32,000 nt of DNA, taken from Cyanophage MED4-117. Every line of letters starts with the position of its first letter. Within the stretch, counting starts at the first letter, position 1. The notes under the pieces were generated by a model. The model had not been told where the DNA came from. It was given only the letters and a program-made list of their open reading frames with translations, and did not search any database. Shown here one piece after another: positions 24,945-32,000 of this stretch. Location: sequence record JF974321.1; one strand, given 5' to 3'. A program made the position numbers and the translations under genes.

Positions 24945-25374
24945 ACTTTGGCTGCTAGTTTTATTAGTATTACCTTTAAGAACTCTGGCTACCCCAGTTG
25001 TGCCTCAATTTCGTAGTGGTAGTTCCACGATGAGTTCAACCTCGCAAAGTATTATTAATGAAACTATTACCAGCCACCAGTATAATTCTGGTTTTTCGTA
25101 CTCCGCGTCTGGACATAATATTGAATCTGCAGACCTTAATGGTTACATTAACCCTGCAACGACTTCTGGAACAACTCAAACTCTTAATGGTGTTCAGTTC
25201 AGCTGGACAAGTCCAACGCTTGAAGATGTGCCTAGATGGAAAATAGTCAACGCTGGACAAAACTTCTCTTTAGTCGAGTCGCTTCAAGGGGCTGGCCTTT
25301 CAAACGTGACCACAATAAACAGAACAATAACAACTACCACAACCACAGAAACCACCTCTGTCTTTGGACAATAA
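24937..25374 (+). CDS. Secreted protein of a type recalled from cyanophages
   Basis: TTG start gives (M)TRLWLLVLLVLPLRTLA|TPVVPQFRSGSST...; C-terminus 'LVESLQGAGLSNVTTINRTITTTTTTETTSVFGQ'. The track start at 24889 lies inside the previous gene. Confidence 0.55.
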   Translation: MTRLWLLVLLVLPLRTLATPVVPQFRSGSSTMSSTSQSIINETITSHQYNSGFSYSASGHNIESADLNGYINPATTSGTTQTLNGVQFSWTSPTLEDVPRWKIVNAGQNFSLVESLQGAGLSNVTTINRTITTTTTTETTSVFGQ

Positions 25375-25952
25375 TTTTTTTTCTTAGTCCTGTAAAAGTT
25401 TTAGCAAATACAACAGTAGCTAGTCCTAGCAGTAACGCTCAAGGTGTCGTCAATAATAATGCAACTATGATAACTCCATCTTCTTTACCACAAAATAGAT
25501 ATTCACAAGGTATTGTTTGCACCTCGCCTAGCTTGACTATCACACCATATTTAACAGATGCTTGGTCATTTAACCGCCCTATCGAAACAGTTACTAAGCA
25601 AAATATTTATGACGAGGACACAGGCGCTATAAAATATGTACAAGAAACACCAAGATTTGAAAAAGACAATTACAACTTAAATTATGGTATTTCTATGCAA
25701 TTTAATATTCCTTTAGGCAGAGGAGGTGAGCTATGCCAAAAAGCTGCCAGAGTAAATATTGAAGCTCAAGAATTATTAATATCCAAAACGAAAATGGAAA
25801 TGGAATTGTATAGACTTAAGATTTGTGGAGAGCAAGCGCGTTTAGGAGTAGTGTTTGTTAACAAATACCAAGTAAACTGCGATGGCATTAAATTAATAGC
25901 CCAACCTAACCAAGTTTTGCCACATACCCATAAAATCAAGTTAAATGACTGA
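25371..25952 (+). CDS. Secreted protein of a type recalled from cyanophages, start unclear
   Basis: Reads ...IIFFLSPVKVLANTTVASPSSNAQGVVNNNATMITPSSLPQNRYSQGIVCTSPSLTITPYL... The frame is open from 25236, but no ATG/GTG/TTG/CTG occurs near the signal peptide. The start given is an ATA overlapping the previous stop and is tentative. Confidence 0.5.
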   Translation: MIFFLSPVKVLANTTVASPSSNAQGVVNNNATMITPSSLPQNRYSQGIVCTSPSLTITPYLTDAWSFNRPIETVTKQNIYDEDTGAIKYVQETPRFEKDNYNLNYGISMQFNIPLGRGGELCQKAARVNIEAQELLISKTKMEMELYRLKICGEQARLGVVFVNKYQVNCDGIKLIAQPNQVLPHTHKIKLND

Positions 25953-26080
25953 TTTACTCCCCCCAGATTGCCCTGTGATGGCCTTGTAATAACCTAGCTA
26001 TATGTTTGTACCTTTCAAAATGACACCCTAATGCAACTCAACGGGTCAGTCTATTGCTGCTTTAGGGACTTTAATTCTAC

Positions 26081-26728
26081 CTAATCTTTTTTCTTAGTCA
26101 ATTTTTTACTTATTTGTTTTATACCACTTTTAGCAATTCCTTGTATTACAGGGACAAGAGCCGCAGACCCACCAGCAACCAGACCAATAGCAGCAGTAGA
26201 AATAAGTACTTCAGGCGTACCAATAAATGTTTCTCTAAATGGTACGTCCTCATAAAGAGTAATGCATTCAGTTTTGTCTGATGATAACTTGTGACCAATC
26301 ACCTTTTCAATACGTCTTGAGTTTCTGTAATCTCCGATTTTCTGATCTTTCCTACTAGGACATTCTGGGATTACTAGTTCTTCTTTTTTATTTTCTGGTG
26401 TTTTAGTTTCTGGTAAGTCAGTTTCTGGCATCGGTGGTGTATCGTTGGATATTGGCAAATCTTCAGTAATTACTAACTGATCTGGTCTGTAGTCCATAGG
26501 AAAAAAACTAGGAAAAACAGAATCGCAATCAGTAAATACCCCATTAGGGTCATCTAATAAAAGTTGTGTATTGCCAGTATTTTTTATATCTCTGTGCTGA
26601 TAAGTACAGCCAGCAGTATTTATTTCAAGATTTGTTATTACTGGTAAATTAGGATTCGGCTGATATGTCTCAGGAATGTAAACCTCTGGAATATTGACTT
26701 GTCTGATACCTATTTCTGGTATCTCCAT
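26081..26728 (-). CDS. Structural or membrane-associated hypothetical protein
   Basis: 215 aa: Pro-rich N-terminus, central 'CPSRKDQKIGDYRNSRRIEKVIGHKLSSDKTECITLYEDVPF', C-terminal hydrophobic segment and basic tail. Resembles a recalled cyanophage protein. Confidence 0.5.
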   Translation of the reverse strand: MEIPEIGIRQVNIPEVYIPETYQPNPNLPVITNLEINTAGCTYQHRDIKNTGNTQLLLDDPNGVFTDCDSVFPSFFPMDYRPDQLVITEDLPISNDTPPMPETDLPETKTPENKKEELVIPECPSRKDQKIGDYRNSRRIEKVIGHKLSSDKTECITLYEDVPFRETFIGTPEVLISTAAIGLVAGGSAALVPVIQGIAKSGIKQISKKLTKKKD

Positions 26729-26965
26729 TTATCTGGTTGGTGATGGTGGTATAAACTCTGGGATAGTACCGCTTGTCATATCTGGCACTGCATTGTCTAA
26801 AACTTTTGGCATCATTCCCTGTACATTATCTAAAACCTCATTCATAACCCTAGCTTTGAATTGCTCTGAAGTAACAAATCTGTAAGCATAGTATGCTGTG
26901 CCACTCATTGAAGCTACCATAATGAATGAAACAATACTTAAGACATTCGCTATTTTTTGAAACAT
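26729..26965 (-). CDS. Single-TM hypothetical protein
   Basis: 78 aa 'IVSFIMVASMSGTAYYAYRFVTSEQ'. Directly abuts the downstream gene. Confidence 0.5.
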   Translation of the reverse strand: MFQKIANVLSIVSFIMVASMSGTAYYAYRFVTSEQFKARVMNEVLDNVQGMMPKVLDNAVPDMTSGTIPEFIPPSPTR

Positions 26966-27095
26966 GATAAAAGAAGCATTTTTAAAGGCTTTGATGCCTG
27001 TAACTATTATAACTTTCTGTGCAATCTGTGCATTAGCACCACTTTATGTAACAATGTCTGTTCTTACAAAACAAATGCAAGAAAAGGTAAATTAA
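26964..27095 (+). CDS. Opposite-strand membrane micro-protein (43 aa), not in the ORF track
   Basis: Reads MIKEAFLKALMPVTIITFCAICALAPLYVTMSVLTKQMQEKVN*. It exactly fills the gap between two minus-strand genes. Confidence 0.4.
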   Translation: MIKEAFLKALMPVTIITFCAICALAPLYVTMSVLTKQMQEKVN

Positions 27096-27271
27096 TCAGC
27101 AGTTTCTACAACTTCTGTTTTTTCTACGTCTGCTTGACTAGCTCTGTCTTGTAGAATTGCTTGAATCTGTATAAGTCGGGTTGTACATTGTTGTTGAATT
27201 TTTTTTGCTTGGTCAATGTTTTTAACCATTAACTGCATTTCTTGTTCTAGTTCTTCGTTAGTTTTAGCCAT
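27092..27271 (-). CDS. Small coiled-coil hypothetical protein (59 aa), not in the ORF track
   Basis: Reads MAKTNEELEQEMQLMVKNIDQAKKIQQQCTTRLIQIQAILQDRASQADVEKTEVVETAD*. Confidence 0.55.
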   Translation of the reverse strand: MAKTNEELEQEMQLMVKNIDQAKKIQQQCTTRLIQIQAILQDRASQADVEKTEVVETAD

Positions 27272-27273
27272 AA

Positions 27274-27609
27274 TTAAAATGCAACTCCTATTGCTTGTAC
27301 TGGTGTGTTAATTAAGTCAATTTCTGCTTTTAAAGATGCTTCAATAGCTGCTACTTCTGTAGAGCCAAGTGTATCTTTAACCCATGTAAGCATAGTTGCC
27401 TCAGTGGGTGTAGGTTTACTTGCATCAAAAGCTATAAAATCAGAGGGTAACGATTCAGGTTTTGTAAAAACAATTTCGCCTGTTCGTCTTGCCTTTTCTT
27501 CTGTATCGTCCATGCCTTTGACGCGATAAACAACATTTGTGAAGTAACCATCGGAAACATCCCTTTTACATTGTGTGCCATTGATTTCCCATGTATAAGA
27601 AATTGCCAT
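27274..27609 (-). CDS. Tail/virion-associated hypothetical protein
   Basis: 111 aa 'MAISYTWEINGTQCKRDVSDGYFTNVVYRVKGMDD'. Similar to small proteins near cyanophage tail fibres, from memory. Confidence 0.45.
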   Translation of the reverse strand: MAISYTWEINGTQCKRDVSDGYFTNVVYRVKGMDDTEEKARRTGEIVFTKPESLPSDFIAFDASKPTPTEATMLTWVKDTLGSTEVAAIEASLKAEIDLINTPVQAIGVAF

Positions 27610-27632
27610 AAGAAAAATAATTTATTTAAATT

Positions 27633-27965
27633 TTAACTTGGTTTTGGATATTTGTCTTTTACGGCTTTTAGGGCTGTGTATAGATTTCCAGAGGTTGTCA
27701 AAGTACCCGCAGCGATGTCTTTAAATAGTAAATCAAATTGTTCACCGAGATCAGGATAAATTGTGTCTGTTGTCCCATCAATCCCTGTTCTTTGACGTTG
27801 GTAAAGAATTGCAGAGGCTTCATTATCTAAAGTTGTTCTTGCAGCAGTGACAAGACTATTATCAATTACGATTTCCTTACCTGTAATATCAAAAACACCT
27901 TCGCCATCATCAATTTTTGTGGCGTTAGGATATGCTTTTTTTATTGCATCATGGTCTAAAGTCAT
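27633..27965 (-). CDS. Hypothetical protein
   Basis: 110 aa if started at MTLDHDAIKKAYP, whose ATG overlaps the fibre stop (TGA). The track start is 28013. Confidence 0.45.
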   Translation of the reverse strand: MTLDHDAIKKAYPNATKIDDGEGVFDITGKEIVIDNSLVTAARTTLDNEASAILYQRQRTGIDGTTDTIYPDLGEQFDLLFKDIAAGTLTTSGNLYTALKAVKDKYPKPS

Positions 27966-29707
27966 GCTGAAACCTCCATTAATACTATAGTACTGGCCTG
28001 TCTTGATGACCAAGATTGGCTACTTAAATCACCACCACTTGCATTAACCCTATAAGTTGTTGCCCCCTCTGTAGCGACTGCGACACCATAAGTTATAGCA
28101 GATGTTGTTCCAGCATCATCTAAAAACTGATAAATACATTGTCCGACATTATGTTGATTTCCTCCTCCACTTCTGAAACCAGTTGTAATTGAGGTATATC
28201 CGCTTGCACTGTCTCCTAAAATTGGGTGTGTGACTGTGCTTCCTACTGTTTTTCTTAACACAAAATCAACGTGCGCACCGTTAGCTTCTACGTTACCTGA
28301 AATACTGAATTGAACAAGAATTTTGTTTGATGAATTTGCGGGTGTAATTGATTTGCTCATAATTAAAGAAAAATTTGCTGCACCTTGATTTATATTTACA
28401 GAATGAGTGGCAGTGTCAGTTTTAGTTTGTTGAACTACTTGTAAAATTTTTCCACCACCACCACTTATAGCTGAACCATCAACGGTTAAGCTCCCAATAA
28501 CATTCACGCCAGAACTGTTGGTTTCTAATTTTTTACTGTTGTTATGATATAGCTCTACTGCACCGTCACCAATACAATTGATTGCAGTTTCAAGACCTCC
28601 TTGAACTTTTATTATCACGTCATCACTAGCTAATAACTGAATGTCATCACCATCAGTCTGCACAATTATATCGCCATTGTTAGTAAAAATGTAGTTATTA
28701 CTACCATCGTGATATAGCTGAAAATCATCCCCAGCTCCGAGTTTAATTCTGGAGCTGTCAGAGTTTAAATCAAGGTGTCCAGTTAAATCTAACTCACCAG
28801 TACAATTAATACTATCAACATCAGCTTGTCCAGTAACATTTATTCCAGAACTGGTTGTCTCAAATTTTTTGCTGTTGTCGTAATATAGCTCTACTGCTCC
28901 ATCATGATTACATCTAAGAAATTCATCTCCAAAATCTCCAGCCTCAAAATGTATATTGTCAGCAACTACTCTTACAGTATTTGTGCCAGCGTAAAAGATA
29001 GGATTCGTTCCATCATAATAAATTTCAAGCTCTGCAGAAGAACCAAATTTAGCTTTAGCATTATCAGCAAACTCTAATGCGTTATCTGATCTGTCAAAAA
29101 CAATATCTCTGCCAGTAGTAGCACCATCAAAAGTTACATCCCCACCAACAGTCAATCCTGTAAGAGTACCTAGAGAAGTAATATTTGTTTGTGCTGCTTG
29201 TGTAAGAGTAGTTCCTGCAATAACAGTTGATAAAGCTGTTCCAGCAACAGTTATAGCATCAGCTTCTAGAGTTCCATCAAAGTCTCCATCGACAGCATCT
29301 ACATTTCCAACAAAGGTTGTAGCAGTAACACTTCCTGTAACTGCCAAACCAGAAGCACTAAAACTACCTCTTGTTGTTCCTCCACAAGTAACGTCTAAAG
29401 TGTCAGCAGCACTTGAAAAAATACCAGTATTTAAATCGTCCCGAAATCCTAGTGCGGGTGCGGAGTTTGAGCCATCTTCAAGGGTTAAAGTTCCATCAAG
29501 TTGTAATAAAGTAACCCAGCCATCATTTGCACTATTTCTTATTTTTAAAACACCATCATTAGTATCCGCCCACCATTGATAAGCATATTTTGTACTTGGT
29601 TCAGTTGCTGATGAGTTATTACTTACGATAGCTGCAAGGGCTAAATTTATATCTGCACGAAAATTAGCACCTGTGGCATTATCTAAAACGTAATCATGCG
29701 TTGCCAT
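27962..29707 (-). CDS. Tail fibre / receptor-binding protein
   Basis: 581 aa with repeated '(D)GAVELYYDNSKKFETTSSGINVTG' modules and a distinct 160-170 aa C-terminal domain. Confidence 0.7.
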   Translation of the reverse strand: MATHDYVLDNATGANFRADINLALAAIVSNNSSATEPSTKYAYQWWADTNDGVLKIRNSANDGWVTLLQLDGTLTLEDGSNSAPALGFRDDLNTGIFSSAADTLDVTCGGTTRGSFSASGLAVTGSVTATTFVGNVDAVDGDFDGTLEADAITVAGTALSTVIAGTTLTQAAQTNITSLGTLTGLTVGGDVTFDGATTGRDIVFDRSDNALEFADNAKAKFGSSAELEIYYDGTNPIFYAGTNTVRVVADNIHFEAGDFGDEFLRCNHDGAVELYYDNSKKFETTSSGINVTGQADVDSINCTGELDLTGHLDLNSDSSRIKLGAGDDFQLYHDGSNNYIFTNNGDIIVQTDGDDIQLLASDDVIIKVQGGLETAINCIGDGAVELYHNNSKKLETNSSGVNVIGSLTVDGSAISGGGGKILQVVQQTKTDTATHSVNINQGAANFSLIMSKSITPANSSNKILVQFSISGNVEANGAHVDFVLRKTVGSTVTHPILGDSASGYTSITTGFRSGGGNQHNVGQCIYQFLDDAGTTSAITYGVAVATEGATTYRVNASGGDLSSQSWSSRQASTIVLMEVSA

Positions 29708-29740
29708 TTTCTAACTACTTTTTCTTAAGGTTATCATAAT

Positions 29741-32000
29741 TTAAGAGCCACGACCAAAACCAACAGCAGTATATTTAAAATTCCTATCAACAAAACTAGA
29801 TCCATTTTTTATATCTATTGAAAATCCAGTTGAACTAATAGAAGACAAAGAAAAGAAATCACCTGACTGTGCGTTTTCTATTACTATTCCAATAGTAGGT
29901 AAAGCTGCACCAGCAGCTACACTTGTACCGCTGAAGCCCGTAAAAAACTTATCTTGAAAAACTACTGCTTTAGTTGAAGTACCAGAGGCAATTAGAGAAT
30001 TTACAGTTTCAACTCTTCTGTTAAGTGTGGCAGTATAACCAAGTTCTTTTAGAAGAATTGTTTGTGCTTTGTCATTAGAAGACATTTCAACTTTAAATTT
30101 AAACCCTCTGCCTCTTAATACACCATTTGTAAAAATGTTGAAATCACTAAATTCTGCTCCATAAGTACAATTTCCACTTGTATTCAGAGATGTTGCAGAA
30201 GTAAGAGTGAAAGTATCAGTAGTTTTTGAGATTATTTGATAATTTTCATCAACACCAGTACCCGTAGTAAAATCAACAACAACAAAACTACCAACAGAAT
30301 AACCATGAGAAGCCTTTGTAATTGTAATTATTGTCCCAGCACCACCCGAGCCATTATTTATTGTGTAAGTTCCAGAAGTAGATAAAGCTGGATCTTGCGT
30401 TGTAGTTGCCACAAATAGAGCAGCATTAGTTTCAAAAGCTGTTAACTGGTCAATATCATTCCATGTATCTATTAATTCTGTCCTCTGGTCTATAAATGAA
30501 CCAGCATAAAAAGATTCTGTAACAAAATGCCTAGTCAATTTAGTGTCCATTGTCGAACCTAAATCCAAAGGGTTGGCAAACTCATAAGAACCAGTAGAGG
30601 CAACATCACCCAAAAAATCTATCTGAGATAAAGTATCTATCAATTCAGTTACGTCATCAATAGTCGTTGTTGAAGCTAAAGTTAAACCCCCAAGTGTTGA
30701 ATCAAAAAATGTATTAGTTTTTGTCCCTCCGAAAGGTGTAGCATCTGTATCTTCTCTGTCTGTAAAAGCTGTTAATTTTGGCTGTTGATTTGGTGGCGAT
30801 ATAATAACAGACGTTTCTCCAGAACTTAAGCGGCCTCCATCATCACGGAATTTTAATATTACCTCACCCGCTATCGCTGGAATTAGAGTTTCAGATATAT
30901 TGCCAGATAAAGCGTTTATTAGATCAACAGAGTTAGTAAAGGTTCCTGTGCCATCTGTAAGATTGCTGTGCCTGACTACCACGTTTCCACCATGAATAAC
31001 GTCAACATCTGTAGATTTCGAAAATCTAAGTTTTACAAAATCATCGTTATAGGGTTCTATCGTTAAGTTTTGTACATCTGCTGGTAAAGCAGTTTTACCT
31101 TGAGCATTGAAAGTAAGGGTTGTTGGAATTGTACTTGGTTCTCCAACTGCGTTATAACTAAAAACTTCAAATTTGTATTCTCCTAATTCAGAATCAAATA
31201 TTTCAAAAGTAGGTGCGGTAACTCTTTCTGTAATGACATTACCATTGTTGAATTGATATTTAACTGAATATTCTGTAACACCTGAAACTGGCTGCCAGCT
31301 TAAAACTAATTTACTTACAGCCCTGTTTCCTAATGCAATAATTAATTCCTCTGCCGATAAGTTACTGGGCGCTGATTTAGGTAGTAATAAAGTTGTTATT
31401 TGTGGAACTGTAATAGATGCACCATCTTCAACAAAAGCATATTTACTGGAATTATGAAACATTGCATTGATAGTAAACGTATTATCTTCTTCAGTAACAG
31501 ACAAAACCCTAAAGTCCTCAGTTTCTGTGGTTGCTCTAAGTAGTAACCAAACACTAAAAGCTTGAGGGGCGGAAGTATAAGCACTAGATACAGTAATAAC
31601 ATTCCCTGTAATATCTGAAACTGTCTTTGTCTCCATTGTTCCATCTGTCAAAATTACAGATAATTGATCTCCTGTTGTATGTGAGGTTGGTAAATCTTTT
31701 GTGTTATCCACTGTTATTTGTGTGGTTGTAGCAGTTTTTATTCTTCCTGATCTTCTTAAACCACTACGCACAGGGTCTTGGACAGTAATAATTTGATTTG
31801 GTCTTACTAAAGAACCAGCATCAGCAGTAGTTGTAAAAGCTACAGTCTCAGTTTCATTATTTTGTGTGAACAGATGCCATAAACCAGCCCTTCTAGCTTG
31901 TGCTTGATTATTACAACCTACTGCCTCTATATTTTTAACTACTACACCATATTTTGATTGATTGGCTGCTGTATCCTCAACAGTTTCATATTCAAAAGAT
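29741..32000 (-). CDS. Tail tip/host-specificity protein (gpJ-like), 5' end beyond right window edge
   Basis: The track calls a start at 31771 (GTG), but the same frame is open to 32000: SFEYETVEDTAANQSKYGVVVKNIEAVGCNNQAQARRAGLWHLFTQNNETETVAFTTTADAGSLVRPNQIITVQDPVRSGL..., typical gpJ sequence, followed by fibronectin type III-like segments. Confidence 0.75.
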   Translation of the reverse strand, partial: SFEYETVEDTAANQSKYGVVVKNIEAVGCNNQAQARRAGLWHLFTQNNETETVAFTTTADAGSLVRPNQIITVQDPVRSGLRRSGRIKTATTTQITVDNTKDLPTSHTTGDQLSVILTDGTMETKTVSDITGNVITVSSAYTSAPQAFSVWLLLRATTETEDFRVLSVTEEDNTFTINAMFHNSSKYAFVEDGASITVPQITTLLLPKSAPSNLSAEELIIALGNRAVSKLVLSWQPVSGVTEYSVKYQFNNGNVITERVTAPTFEIFDSELGEYKFEVFSYNAVGEPSTIPTTLTFNAQGKTALPADVQNLTIEPYNDDFVKLRFSKSTDVDVIHGGNVVVRHSNLTDGTGTFTNSVDLINALSGNISETLIPAIAGEVILKFRDDGGRLSSGETSVIISPPNQQPKLTAFTDREDTDATPFGGTKTNTFFDSTLGGLTLASTTTIDDVTELIDTLSQIDFLGDVASTGSYEFANPLDLGSTMDTKLTRHFVTESFYAGSFIDQRTELIDTWNDIDQLTAFETNAALFVATTTQDPALSTSGTYTINNGSGGAGTIITITKASHGYSVGSFVVVDFTTGTGVDENYQIISKTTDTFTLTSATSLNTSGNCTYGAEFSDFNIFTNGVLRGRGFKFKVEMSSNDKAQTILLKELGYTATLNRRVETVNSLIASGTSTKAVVFQDKFFTGFSGTSVAAGAALPTIGIVIENAQSGDFFSLSSISSTGFSIDIKNGSSFVDRNFKYTAVGFGRGS

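Noticed and set aside
26957-27154. Plus-strand 65-aa ORF MKHDKRSIFKGFDACNYYNF...
   Set aside because: Same region as the 43-aa membrane micro-ORF in another frame. The Tyr/Cys/Asn-rich sequence looks non-coding and it overlaps the coiled-coil gene at 27092.
31396-31644. Minus-strand 82-aa ORF
   Set aside because: Alternative frame within the gpJ-like gene.
1-32000. CRISPR array, transposon or integrase, toxin-antitoxin pair or host auxiliary metabolic gene
   Set aside because: None found by reading. There are no regularly spaced direct repeats, no recognisable transposase or recombinase, and no photosynthesis or carbon-metabolism genes. This is absence by inspection only.

Overview
This window looks like most of the genome of a tailed dsDNA phage with siphovirus-like morphology, probably marine. 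I infer a cyanophage-like relative from a recalled protein family, not from any search. Minus strand, positions 1-15909: the 5' tip of a probable tape-measure gene, the tail assembly chaperone pair, tail tube, connector genes, major capsid, scaffold-like protein, a run of tiny Lys/Arg-rich genes, a zincin-like protein, a MuF-like protein, portal, large and small terminase, then a tightly overlapping trio placed directly before the terminase: a ParB-like protein, an FkbM-type methyltransferase, and a 2OG-Fe(II) dioxygenase with TET/JBP-like motifs. A RusA-like resolvase is alone on the plus strand at 15915. Divergent early operons leave a control region at about 18680-18880. The plus-strand one carries recombination genes: a RecE/DUF3799-like nuclease, a DGQHR/ParB-like protein, an ERF annealing protein, an Xis/MerR-type HTH and an SSB-tailed protein. 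A plus-strand cluster of secreted proteins (24190-25952) is followed by a minus-strand tail fibre and a gpJ-like gene running off the right edge. Both window edges fall in the same tail module and orientation, which suggests a circular or circularly permuted map with only the tape-measure and minor-tail genes missing. The best candidate for a little-described system is the ParB/FkbM/TET-JBP-like cassette coupled to the packaging genes, a possible post-replicative DNA hypermodification module. Other points worth checking are a putative -1 frameshift in the tail chaperone, a tiny gene split by a one-base-equivalent frame change next to an A6 run, a symmetric divergent promoter/operator region with hairpins at both predicted transcript 5' ends, secreted genes with non-canonical starts, and an opposite-strand micro-gene. 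No DNA polymerase, helicase, integrase, endolysin, tRNA or CRISPR array was recognised. Motif and family calls are from reading alone.
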